A stretch of 64,000 nt of DNA, taken from contig JAPLYG010000012.1 of NCBI GenBank assembly GCA_026395685.1, positions 7,039-71,038 of the forward strand, given 5' to 3'. Source of the stretch: Candidatus Parcubacteria bacterium. Its GTDB lineage: Bacteria; Patescibacteriota; Patescibacteriia; CAIXNZ01. Both the position numbers and the translations under genes were made by a program. Shown in pieces: positions 28,514-38,264 of the stretch (position 1 is its first letter; each line of letters starts with the position of its first letter). The notes beneath the pieces were generated by a model. That model saw only the letters and a program-made list of their open reading frames with translations. It made no database searches and was not told the origin of the DNA.

Positions 28514-29521
28514 ATGAATATCACAAACTTAGAGACAATTTTAGAAAAAGAGCCTAAATTCCGAATCGAACAGGCGAAGGAGGCAATTTATAAGCAACTG
28601 ATTACTGATTGGTCAGCTGCTTTGAATTTGCCCCTGGAATTGCGAAAAAAGTTAGATAACGAGTGTCCTTTAGGAATTAAGGCTCAGGTTTTGGAATCAA
28701 ACGACAAAAAATCAGTCAAAGCCGCAATAACTTTAGCTGATGGTTTGAAAATAGAGACAGTTTTATTGCGCCATGGCGATAGAAATACAGTTTGTGTCTC
28801 TTCACAGGTGGGTTGTCCCTTGGGTTGCTTTTTTTGCGCCACTGGTCAGTCAGGATATAAGCGCAATCTGGGCGTGACTGAGATTTTAGAACAAGTTTTA
28901 TTTTTTAATCGTTATTTGAAAATTCAAAATGAAAAAGTCGATAATCTGGTTTTTATGGGCATGGGCGAACCGTTTTTAAATTATAATAATGTAATGAACG
29001 CGATTAAACTTTTGAATTCTGCGGAAACTTTTAATATCGGCGCTCGTCACATTTCTATTTCTACTATCGGCATTATTTCCGGCATCCAAAAATTAGCAAA
29101 TGAAAAATTGCAATTGAATTTGGCTATTTCTTTGCATGCCCCAAACGATGATTTGCGGGAAGAAATTATACCGGCTAATAGAACGTATGGTTTAAATAAT
29201 TTACTGGATGCAGTCGGCGATTATCTGAAAAAGACCAAGCGTCAGATTATGTTTGAATATATTATGTTTGAACGCTTCAATGATTCAAAGGAACAGGCAA
29301 TGGAATTGGTTGCTTTGCTTAAAAATTTACCCAAGCATCTTTATATTATCAATTTGATCCAATATAACCCGACTAAGGGTTTTTTGCCTTCTTCCCCTCT
29401 TGCGATTAAAACATTTCAGAAAATTTTAACCAGAAACGGAATTAAAACTACTATCCGTTTGCGCTTGGGCAGGGAAGTCAAAGGCGCCTGCGGACAATTG
29501 GCCGGTGATTTAGAGAAATGA
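28514..29521 (+). CDS. rlmN: 23S rRNA / tRNA adenine-C2 methyltransferase RlmN (radical SAM)
   Basis: CVSSQVGCPLGCFFCATG cluster; GMGEP block; C-terminal GACGQL. Confidence 0.85.
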   Translation: MNITNLETILEKEPKFRIEQAKEAIYKQLITDWSAALNLPLELRKKLDNECPLGIKAQVLESNDKKSVKAAITLADGLKIETVLLRHGDRNTVCVSSQVGCPLGCFFCATGQSGYKRNLGVTEILEQVLFFNRYLKIQNEKVDNLVFMGMGEPFLNYNNVMNAIKLLNSAETFNIGARHISISTIGIISGIQKLANEKLQLNLAISLHAPNDDLREEIIPANRTYGLNNLLDAVGDYLKKTKRQIMFEYIMFERFNDSKEQAMELVALLKNLPKHLYIINLIQYNPTKGFLPSSPLAIKTFQKILTRNGIKTTIRLRLGREVKGACGQLAGDLEK

Positions 29522-29540
29522 TATACTTGGTATAGTTAAA

Positions 29541-29660
29541 AATTTATAGTGCAAAGTTTAAAGTTGCAGTTAATAATTTAAAATTTAGGAAGATTTTATT
29601 TAATATTCTTCCTAAACTTTAAATTTTACACAGTAACTTTGCATTTTTAATTTTGAACTT
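29541..29660. repeat. Family D palindromic element (complete hairpin)
   Basis: AGTGCAAAGTTTAAAGTTGCAGTTAATAATTTAAAATTTAGGAAGATTTT / AATATTCTTCCTAAACTTTAAATTTTACACAGTAACTTTGCAT. Confidence 0.6.
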
Positions 29661-29674
29661 TAAACTAGTTCTCT

Positions 29675-30730
29675 ATGCCATATAAAGAAAAATTTAAACC
29701 GTTGAAATTTCCTCAAGATGAACAAAAACACGACCACATCATTGAATGGTGGTATTTTAACGGTAATCTAAAAACAAAAGACGGTCAGTCATTTTCCTAC
29801 ATGAACACTTTGTTTGCCACCAAGCCCAAACTGGTAAAAATTCCTTTTTTACAAAATATACCGGTCAAAACTTTATTTTTTTCTCATTATTTACTCAGTG
29901 ATAATAATAATCATAAATTCTGGGAAAAGGTTAATCCTTTGTGCCTTTTAGATCATAATAGTTTTTCCAAGCCATTACTTTGGGCTTCATATGACAATTC
30001 GTGTCTGATTGAGGAGGAAAAACTATTTAATTTTCATATTGTTAATGATTTTGTCGATTTGAATTTAAAAACCGCGAAAAAACCGTTATTGATAGATGGT
30101 AAAGGATTTATTGATTTGGGAGTAAAGACTACTTATTATTATTCGCTTACGCATTTGCATACTAGCGGATTAATTAAAATTAAAAATAAATGGCTTTCAG
30201 TTACGGGCCTAAGCTGGATGGATCACCAATGGGCTCAGACTCCACTGACCAAAGACGATAAATGGACCTGGTTTTCTTTGCAGTTAAATAATGGCTGGGA
30301 TATTATGGCTGTAGTTTATGGCGATGAAAAAAAGACCAGTCATGCCTCTATGATGGATAAAAATAATAGAGCTAGGACGACAAGCAATTTATTTTTTAAG
30401 GAGTTATCCCCGCAATATTCAAGTAAAGAAACAGGCGCTGTATATAAGCTGGGCTACGAGATATTTTTGCCTGATTGGAATCTGAAATTAACCGTAAAGC
30501 CCTATAATAAGGCGCAAGAAATGATTTTTGGCAATATAAATTATTGGGAAGGCTGTATGGATGTTCAGGGAGAGTTGAATAATAAAAAAATCAGCGGTCA
30601 GGGCTTTTTAGAATTAGTCGGAAGTCCTATGAAGAAAAGTTTGGCCAAGATTTATCTTAATAAGTTTCAAAAAAGCGGATTTAAAGATCTCAAAGCCGAA
30701 GTTTTGGAAAAGATAAAAATTTATCGTTAA
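29675..30730 (+). CDS. AttH/CrtC-like lipocalin-domain protein
   Basis: HDHIIEWWYFNGNL near the N-terminus, typical of the AttH/hydroxyneurosporene-synthase-like family. Confidence 0.4.
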   Translation: MPYKEKFKPLKFPQDEQKHDHIIEWWYFNGNLKTKDGQSFSYMNTLFATKPKLVKIPFLQNIPVKTLFFSHYLLSDNNNHKFWEKVNPLCLLDHNSFSKPLLWASYDNSCLIEEEKLFNFHIVNDFVDLNLKTAKKPLLIDGKGFIDLGVKTTYYYSLTHLHTSGLIKIKNKWLSVTGLSWMDHQWAQTPLTKDDKWTWFSLQLNNGWDIMAVVYGDEKKTSHASMMDKNNRARTTSNLFFKELSPQYSSKETGAVYKLGYEIFLPDWNLKLTVKPYNKAQEMIFGNINYWEGCMDVQGELNNKKISGQGFLELVGSPMKKSLAKIYLNKFQKSGFKDLKAEVLEKIKIYR

Positions 30731-30750
30731 TTATTCATGTGATTGAAATA

Positions 30751-30793
30751 AAAAAAGGCCGCCCTCAGCTCGGGGCGGCTTATTTTTATTTTT
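30751..30793. terminator. Bidirectional intrinsic terminator between convergent genes
   Basis: AAAAAAG-GCCGCCC-tcagctc-GGGGCGGC-TTATTTTTATTTTT. Confidence 0.75.
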
Positions 30794-30983
30794 CCGTGAC
30801 AGTGACGGGAGTCCCACATCCGGAGCATTTGAATACTTCACCGATCTTGACGATCAAAACTCTATGGTTTTTTAGAACTTTTTTCTGATCATCAGTCAGG
30901 GTATCTTGGTCCAGTTTTACCAGAATCTTCGTAGCTGTGCCGCAACCTTGGCACATATAACTTTCAATTTCAAGATTTGCCAT
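30786..30983 (-). CDS. Small double-CxxC zinc-ribbon protein
   Basis: CQGCG...CSGCG. SD AAGGAGGG 6 nt upstream of the ATG chosen here; the ORF track extends to 31007. Confidence 0.5.
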   Translation of the reverse strand: MANLEIESYMCQGCGTATKILVKLDQDTLTDDQKKVLKNHRVLIVKIGEVFKCSGCGTPVTVTEK

Positions 30984-31157
30984 TTTTGCCCTCCTTTTTT
31001 GGCTCATCTCAAATCGGTAAATCTCAGCTCAGCTTTTTTGCCGGGTCTAGACCAACAATAAAATCTTGGTCTTTTACAATTAAAAAATTACTACTAATTT
31101 GTGATTTTGTCAAGTCTGGCGAAAAAAATATATTTAGGGTAAAATGAAAGCATAAAT

Positions 31158-34100
31158 ATGTCTGAAACAAAGTCTAAATTCAATACGCAGCAGCAAAAAG
31201 CCATTACTTTTGGTAAGGGGCCGCTTTTGATCGTGGCTGGCGCAGGCACGGGCAAGACAATGGTTATCACTCAAAGAATAGCTCATTTGATTTTGGATCA
31301 AGATGTTAAAACCGATGCCATTTTAGCCTTAACTTTTACGGAAAAAGCAGCCGGGGAAATGCAGGAGCGCGTAGGTAATCTTATGCCTATTGGCTATGTT
31401 GACCTGTGGATATCTACGTTTCATTCTTTTTGCCAGAAAATTTTGGAACATCATGCTTTGGATATTGGTATTCCCAATGATTTTAAATTGCTGGATCAGA
31501 CCGCAGCCTGGCTTTTGGTTCGTCAGAATTTAGAAAAATTTAATTTGGATTATTATAAGCCTTTGGGCAATCCGACTAAATTCATTCATGCCATGCTGTC
31601 GCATTTTTCCCGCTGTAAGGATGAAGAAATTTATCCGGGTCAATATTTGGAGTATGCGGAAAAACAGGAACTTGATCTGGATAGCAAACAGGGCGACGAA
31701 GGCGTCATGGACGAAGTCAAAAGGCTGAAAGAGATTTCCAATGCTTATCATGTTTATCAACAGCTTCTTTTGGATAATAATGCTTTGGATTTTGGCGATC
31801 TGATTAATTACACTTTGAAATTATTCAAGGATCGCAAGAATATTTTGAAAAAATATCAGGAACAGTTTTCATATATTTTAGTTGATGAATTTCAGGATAC
31901 CAATTTCGCCCAATACAACTTAGTTAAACTTTTGGCAGGGGAAAGGAAGAATTTGACTGTGGTGGCTGATGATGATCAGTCAATCTATAAATTTCGCGGA
32001 GCTTCGGTTTCTAATATTTTAAATTTTAAAAATGATTATCCTGAGGCGGCAAATATAGTGCTGACTGAAAATTATCGTTCCTGCCAGGAAATCTTGGATT
32101 TATCATATAATTTTATCCAGTTAAATAACCCTAATCGCCTAGAGGCTCAAAAGAGTTATAAAATAAAGAAAAAATTAAAAGCAAATAAGGATTGCCAGGC
32201 TAATATTGAACATCTGCATTTTAAAACCATTGATGATGAGGTCAGGGGAGTAATTCAAAAAATTTTAGACATAAAAAAACAGTCCCGCGCAGCAGGATCC
32301 GCCTCTGGCAAAGAATTGTCTTGGCAGGACTTTGCGATTTTAGTGCGCGCCAATGACAGCGCTACCAGCTTTATCAATTTTTTGCGTAAAACTGATGTGC
32401 CATACCAGTTTGTGGCTATGCGCGGACTCTATGGCAAGGCAATTATTATGGATATTTTGAATTATTTTAAACTGCTGGATAATTATCATGAAAGCCCAGC
32501 AATTTTTCGTTTGCTCCGCTCGCCGATTGTAAATATTACAGACGAAGAACTTACCATACTTTGCCATTTTTCCAATAAAAAGAATTTTTCTTTATATGAA
32601 TCTTTGAAAATTGCCTCCACTATATTTGGGTTAAGTCCCGAGACTATTTCCCAGATAAATTTCTTTTTATCTTTAGTAGAAAAACATACGGCAATTACCC
32701 GGGAAAAAACCGTTGGTGAAGTAATGATTGCTTTTATGCAGGATTCCAAATATTTGGAAAAAATTATTCAGGCAGACGAAGAAATTGCCAAACAAAATGC
32801 GGATTATCTTAACCAGTTTTATAAGCGCATTAAAAAGTTTGAAGAAAGCGCAACAGACCCGTCTTTGCAGAATTTTATGGCTGAAATGGAGCTGGAGTTG
32901 GAATCAGGCGAAGAAGGCTCATTAAAATTTGACGTTGAGATGGGCCCGGATGTAATTAAAATCATGACAGTTCATGCCGCCAAAGGTTTGGAATTTGAAT
33001 ATGTTTTTATTCCCAATATGGTCGAACAGCGTTTCCCGACTAATAAAAGAGGAGAGCCGATTGAAATGCCTGAAGCTTTGGTTAAGGATATTTTGCCCGA
33101 AGGAGATTTTCATATTCAGGAAGAACGACGTTTATTTTACGTGGCAATGACGCGCGCCAAACAGGGACTATATTTTACTTCAGCTGATGATTACGGCGGT
33201 GCCAGAGCCAAAAAATTATCAAGGTTTTTAACAGAACTCGAGGAAACTAATAAAGGCTTTTCCACCTCCGCTACCACCTACGCTAAAGCTTCGGTGGATC
33301 AAGAAAAACACGTTGAGGCAAATATGGTTGAATTGAGAAAAACAAAGACTAGGTTTGATTTACCCACACAATTTTCTTTTTCCCAGATTGCAGCTTTTTC
33401 AAAATGTCCTTTCCAGTACAAGTTGTCGTTTATTTATAAAATTCCTGTCTTGGGCAAAGGAGTCTTTTCCTATGGCAAGAGTATGCACTCGGCTTTGCAG
33501 AGGTTTTTCGTTTTAGCCAATGAAAGAGCCAATGCCAGTCAGTCAGATTTATTTGGCGATAAAAAAGTAATTAATTCCAAGAAAATCGGTAATTTGGTCA
33601 GTCTGGAGGAATTTAAAAAGATTTTTGAAGAATCCTGGCTGGATGAATGGTACAACACCAAAGAAGATAAAGAAAAATACTACCAAAAGGGCAGGGGATT
33701 CATCAAATTATTTTACGATCAAAATAAAGACCAGGATATACAGACTATGGCTTTGGAAAAGGGTTTTAATATCAAACTGGCTCAGGAATATACGATTCGC
33801 GGTTTTATAGATCGCTTGGATTTACTGCCTGATCAGACTGTGGAATTGATTGATTATAAAACTGGCAATCCCAAGGAAAAATTAACTCCGGAAGAAAAGA
33901 CTCAGTTGCTTTTATACCAGTTAGCCTGTCAGAACTTGCCGGAAATTACCGGTGGTCGCAAGGTTTCAAAATTAACTTTTTATTACATTGACAATAATTC
34001 TCAATTGTCATTTTTAGGTACGGACAAGGAATTGGCTAAGGTTGAAACTGAATTTAGCAATACGATTTCTGAGATCAAGATCAGTAAGTTTGAAGCTCAG

Positions 34101-34163
34101 CCTGAATTTAATAAGTGTAAATTTTGCGATTTTAAGGGTATTTGCGAGTTTAGTATCAAATAA
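31158..34163 (+). CDS. UvrD/PcrA-type SF1 helicase fused to a C-terminal Cas4/AddB-like PD-(D/E)xK nuclease with a Cys cluster
   Basis: GAGTGKT Walker A; DEFQDT; a YRS variant of the YRC motif; C-terminal ...CPFQYKL...CKFCDFKGICEF. Confidence 0.8.
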   Translation: MSETKSKFNTQQQKAITFGKGPLLIVAGAGTGKTMVITQRIAHLILDQDVKTDAILALTFTEKAAGEMQERVGNLMPIGYVDLWISTFHSFCQKILEHHALDIGIPNDFKLLDQTAAWLLVRQNLEKFNLDYYKPLGNPTKFIHAMLSHFSRCKDEEIYPGQYLEYAEKQELDLDSKQGDEGVMDEVKRLKEISNAYHVYQQLLLDNNALDFGDLINYTLKLFKDRKNILKKYQEQFSYILVDEFQDTNFAQYNLVKLLAGERKNLTVVADDDQSIYKFRGASVSNILNFKNDYPEAANIVLTENYRSCQEILDLSYNFIQLNNPNRLEAQKSYKIKKKLKANKDCQANIEHLHFKTIDDEVRGVIQKILDIKKQSRAAGSASGKELSWQDFAILVRANDSATSFINFLRKTDVPYQFVAMRGLYGKAIIMDILNYFKLLDNYHESPAIFRLLRSPIVNITDEELTILCHFSNKKNFSLYESLKIASTIFGLSPETISQINFFLSLVEKHTAITREKTVGEVMIAFMQDSKYLEKIIQADEEIAKQNADYLNQFYKRIKKFEESATDPSLQNFMAEMELELESGEEGSLKFDVEMGPDVIKIMTVHAAKGLEFEYVFIPNMVEQRFPTNKRGEPIEMPEALVKDILPEGDFHIQEERRLFYVAMTRAKQGLYFTSADDYGGARAKKLSRFLTELEETNKGFSTSATTYAKASVDQEKHVEANMVELRKTKTRFDLPTQFSFSQIAAFSKCPFQYKLSFIYKIPVLGKGVFSYGKSMHSALQRFFVLANERANASQSDLFGDKKVINSKKIGNLVSLEEFKKIFEESWLDEWYNTKEDKEKYYQKGRGFIKLFYDQNKDQDIQTMALEKGFNIKLAQEYTIRGFIDRLDLLPDQTVELIDYKTGNPKEKLTPEEKTQLLLYQLACQNLPEITGGRKVSKLTFYYIDNNSQLSFLGTDKELAKVETEFSNTISEIKISKFEAQPEFNKCKFCDFKGICEFSIK

Positions 34164-34286
34164 TTGCAAACTGCTAATTTTTCGATATCTAGTCGTCCAC
34201 ATGCTGGGCGATTTTTTAATTACAGCAACTATTTTTTATGGTATAATATAAACAATAGTAATAATTAAATATTTAAATCCAAGTCT

Positions 34287-36752
34287 GTGATTTTTACCAA
34301 AATCAGCAATAGTAAGATTTGGCATATTTTTGGGGTTGGTATAATACTGATTAGTTTTATTTTTGGTCAGTTTTTTTATGCTTTAAATCTTTACGCCGCT
34401 ACCTTTGTAGAAATTTTTGAAGATACTGTTTACAAAGACGCTGCCAATACGACAGCTGACTGGGAATGGGATACTTCAAGCGCCCATTTAATAAACGGCG
34501 ATTGGCGCAAGGCAGACAATACTGACGATGAGGGTTCGTATGAAATAATTCAAACTGCAGTGATCGGACATTATAATGTTATTTCCGGACCTGATAATAA
34601 AGCGATAGTAATATATACGTCAAATAATATCCTTTATTCAATTAAATGGAATGATGCGGGAGAGTCTGTCTGTGGGGAAGGGATCACTGCATGCTGGACA
34701 AATATTGAGGGCACGGATATCTATCCGGATACACTTGGCACAATATCAGCTCTTAAATTGTCAGTAATTAAAAAATCTGACGGTTACCCAGCAGTGGCCA
34801 TAATTGCAAATGAAACACCGAAAAAATTATATTATGCTCAATATAGCCCGGGTGTCGGGTGGACAGCATCAGACGGTCAAACCCAAAGCTTTGAAATGAT
34901 TTCAGATGCCGCAGCAATTACAGAATATAAATCTTTTTCCTTTAAAGCAGATCAGTATGGCGAGCCCAGTATTGTGTGGTATGAAAAAACAGGGACAAGT
35001 CCGATTATAACAACTATTAAATATACCCGGCTGGATAATGGCGTCTGGAAACATGCTGATCGGACAACTTCTGGTAAGGAAACCATAGTTGTACGCAGTG
35101 GGACTGGATATACTGATTTTAATCCGGATTTTGATTATGTCGGCAGTAATATTTATTTTGCTGCCCAGATTATGAATATATCGTATAGCTCTTATGCCTG
35201 GAAATGGGATGGCGCAAATTGGGAAAATTTAGACGGGACTCATTTTGCTTCAGTGCCGGGAGGATTAGCAGATATCACTCTCTTACAAGCTACTTGTGCT
35301 AGGCCTAGTATTGCAATAAATTCATCAAATATTCCGTATGTAGCATGTACGACAGGTACATCCTCAATTAAAATTGCCCAAAGGCTAGATGGCGCCTGGA
35401 AATATCCTGACGGAATTACTGGCGGAGTTTTGTCTCTGGCCAATTTTACCTATAATATATTAATTGATATAGGCATTGATCGTGATGATAATCTGATGCT
35501 ATGGGAAGTTTCATATCCCACAACAACTACTGAAGCGGAAATATATTTTACCCAATGGAAAAGTGGCGCCTGGAAAAAATCCGACGGAGTTACAACCGGT
35601 TGGGAAGCGGCGAGTAATGTAACAAACGGCCAATTATTAAATGCCTATTATACAAATGATACTTCAACATTTGACCGGCCATATACGGTAGATGAAAATG
35701 GATATCCGATTTTTCTGTTTGTAAATAGCACCGGGACTCCCTCGCCTTATCCCGGATATGTTTCCCGTTATACAGGCAATGATATTAAGGGAGCTGATAA
35801 AACTTCAAATGATCAGGATACTGTTTTTCCTGATAGTAATTCGCAGATTTGGTATCCGGTAATATTTTTTGATTCTGAAACAAAAAATATTTTAGTACTG
35901 GGACAGAATATATCCCAAACCTTGCCTTTTTCAATGTTTAATAATAATGTTTACGATAATACTAATCAGGATTTAGTATCTTCAACAATTGCTACAGCTC
36001 ATAATAATTCAACAATTACCTCGGCCAAATTAACTGTCAGCGAAACAGAGCCTAGCAATACTGCTATTACTTATTATTTGAGTGCCGATGCTGGCAGCCA
36101 TTGGGAGGCAGTTACTCCCGGTGTCAGTCACGATTTTACCAATACTGGCACGGATTTACGCTGGAAAGCAAACTTGACTTCAAATAGCCAGGCAGCGACA
36201 CCCTCTCTTGATTATTTGTATATTGATGTGGACGGTAAAACAGCGGAAACTTCAGGCGATATCACCATCTCAGCCACTGTTGATCCGGAAATGTCTTTTA
36301 ACTTATCTGCCCAGACGTGTGATTTGGAATCTTTTTCCAGTACTGCCATAAAAACATGCAATTATTCCATAACAGTAAATACTAATGCAACCGGAGGTTA
36401 TGTTGCTTATCTTCGGTCTGTTGATGGTTTCAAAAGCGGTTCGAATGAATTAACGCCAGTTAGTGACGGTTTTGTGACTGTTGGGTCACAGGAGTATGGA
36501 GTTGCCACCAGCGATGCTGATTATGCTTCTTTGCAGATAAATAAACAGGTAACTGATTGTACTGCTTTAGATGACACCACCAGTCCGGTCAATGCTACTA
36601 GCCTTACTGCCAGCGATCAGTCATTTGCTAAAGAAGTTTTAGCGGTAGCTGATGAAGAAATAACTGTCTGCCACATAGCTTCGATTTCCGGCTCAACCCC
36701 AGCTGGCGTTTATTCTCAGATAGTCGTTATTACTCTTGTCAGTAATTATTAG
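34287..36752 (+). CDS. Large secreted/anchored surface protein (821 aa) carrying the cluster-specific C-terminal domain
   Basis: N-terminal signal/anchor. C-terminal ~170 aa is homologous to four downstream paralogs: VDPEMSFNL...C...CNY...NTNATGGYVAYLR...EYGVATS...CHIASISGSTPAGVYSQIVVITLVSNY. Confidence 0.6.
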   Translation: MIFTKISNSKIWHIFGVGIILISFIFGQFFYALNLYAATFVEIFEDTVYKDAANTTADWEWDTSSAHLINGDWRKADNTDDEGSYEIIQTAVIGHYNVISGPDNKAIVIYTSNNILYSIKWNDAGESVCGEGITACWTNIEGTDIYPDTLGTISALKLSVIKKSDGYPAVAIIANETPKKLYYAQYSPGVGWTASDGQTQSFEMISDAAAITEYKSFSFKADQYGEPSIVWYEKTGTSPIITTIKYTRLDNGVWKHADRTTSGKETIVVRSGTGYTDFNPDFDYVGSNIYFAAQIMNISYSSYAWKWDGANWENLDGTHFASVPGGLADITLLQATCARPSIAINSSNIPYVACTTGTSSIKIAQRLDGAWKYPDGITGGVLSLANFTYNILIDIGIDRDDNLMLWEVSYPTTTTEAEIYFTQWKSGAWKKSDGVTTGWEAASNVTNGQLLNAYYTNDTSTFDRPYTVDENGYPIFLFVNSTGTPSPYPGYVSRYTGNDIKGADKTSNDQDTVFPDSNSQIWYPVIFFDSETKNILVLGQNISQTLPFSMFNNNVYDNTNQDLVSSTIATAHNNSTITSAKLTVSETEPSNTAITYYLSADAGSHWEAVTPGVSHDFTNTGTDLRWKANLTSNSQAATPSLDYLYIDVDGKTAETSGDITISATVDPEMSFNLSAQTCDLESFSSTAIKTCNYSITVNTNATGGYVAYLRSVDGFKSGSNELTPVSDGFVTVGSQEYGVATSDADYASLQINKQVTDCTALDDTTSPVNATSLTASDQSFAKEVLAVADEEITVCHIASISGSTPAGVYSQIVVITLVSNY

Positions 36753-36801
36753 AAGATTAAGAAAAAAATATAGATAATTATATCTAAAACGAATACGAAA
36801 A

Positions 36802-38148
36802 ATGAATAGGTGCCTTAAAAAAAATAAATTTTTTCTGAATATTTTAATCCTGATGGTTTTATTTTTATTGGGCAATTGTTATATTGTCAGAGCTGCTAGC
36901 TTGTTTAGTTTAAGCGATAGAGTCACCAGACATGCGCCCTTGACGCCTTCTGACCACGCGATTACTTTTACTACGCCAAGCGGTTTGGGCGAAGCAGGAG
37001 ATTATATCAGAATCAGTTTTGACGGCGGTTTTGATTTAAGCTCAATAATTTTTTCCGATATTAGTTTGTCTCACGGCCCAATTTCAGGCTTGGAAATTAC
37101 TGAAACAGTATCTGCTGCGCCTTTAGCCACTAACTGGGGATTGACCATTTCCGGCAACCATCTTGATTTAATCCATCCTACTAATTCAGCTAATGGTGAT
37201 ATTGCGCCCAATGATATTATATATATTAAAGTCGGCGGGACTCATAAGATAATTAATCCGGCAACTATCGGCTCTAAAGTTATTTCTTTAGTAATTTATA
37301 ACAGTTCCAATATAATAATTGACAGCGGACGTCTGGCAATACCTGTTACCCAGGATCAGGTAGGTGTTGGCGGCGCACCATTTGGAACTTTACCCATACC
37401 CGTGACTTTGAATTTTCCTTATAGTGTCACCACAAATTCCCTGGATCTTGATTGGACTGAATATGTAGAATTATTGATTCCAAATCCGCAATTTGACCGA
37501 TATGAATTATATATGGGTACCAGCCCCGGAGTCACAAATTTAAACGGGATATTACTGCCCCCAGATCCTCCAAGCGATGCCTATGACATTACCAAAACGA
37601 TTTTTTCCATTGATGGCTTAGCGCCTAACCGCACTTATTATTTTGTAGTCTATGTTTATAATGACCTTGGCTATTATGCTGCTTCAAATGAAGTTTATGC
37701 TACTACGCAAAGTGGCGGTATAATTTGGCCGTCTTTGCCCGCAGCTCCTACTATAAATTCCAGAATTTGCCCTATTTTTTTGCCAAATACCGCAATTGAC
37801 GGCACTAAACCGGCAGGGACTGCGATTTATGTAAACGGCAGTACTCAGAATATAAATTACCCCACTGATTTATTATGGAATAAGCTGGTAAATCTGGGCT
37901 TGGGTACAAATTTATTTTTGATATATGCACAGGACAATTATGGGCAAAACAGCAGTATGCTGACTGCGACTGTAAATCGCTGCGAAGTAGGTGATACAAA
38001 TTGCAATTTATTGGTTGATGATTTTGATCTGGCAGGCTTGGCCGGACATTGGGAGACCAACTGGTGTTATGCTGATTTCAATGAAGACGGTATTGTTGAT
38101 GATTTTGATCTGTCAGGTCTAGCTGCACATTGGGATTCGGTGTATTGA
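36802..38148 (+). CDS. Secreted protein with a dockerin-like C-terminal pair of Ca-binding repeats
   Basis: Signal peptide. C-terminal CEVGDTNCNLLVDDFDLAGLAGHW...DFNEDGIVDDFDLSGLAAHW matches the dockerin DxNxDGxVDxxDL duplicated pattern. Confidence 0.5.
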   Translation: MNRCLKKNKFFLNILILMVLFLLGNCYIVRAASLFSLSDRVTRHAPLTPSDHAITFTTPSGLGEAGDYIRISFDGGFDLSSIIFSDISLSHGPISGLEITETVSAAPLATNWGLTISGNHLDLIHPTNSANGDIAPNDIIYIKVGGTHKIINPATIGSKVISLVIYNSSNIIIDSGRLAIPVTQDQVGVGGAPFGTLPIPVTLNFPYSVTTNSLDLDWTEYVELLIPNPQFDRYELYMGTSPGVTNLNGILLPPDPPSDAYDITKTIFSIDGLAPNRTYYFVVYVYNDLGYYAASNEVYATTQSGGIIWPSLPAAPTINSRICPIFLPNTAIDGTKPAGTAIYVNGSTQNINYPTDLLWNKLVNLGLGTNLFLIYAQDNYGQNSSMLTATVNRCEVGDTNCNLLVDDFDLAGLAGHWETNWCYADFNEDGIVDDFDLSGLAAHWDSVY

Positions 38149-38264
38149 GAAAATAGGTAATAGGAAATAAGTAATAAGGTAAAGGAAAAATATTAAGTAA
38201 TAATTCATTGGTAATCTGTAGTATGGATATGATTATTTAATAAATTTTTTCCAATCCGTATTTC

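Noticed and set aside
34287-36752. Naming the shared C-terminal domain definitively as a WxL domain
   Set aside because: The Trp of the WxL motifs is absent in most copies. Similarity is inferred from architecture and the terminal strand pattern only, so it is kept as a hypothesis in the findings.
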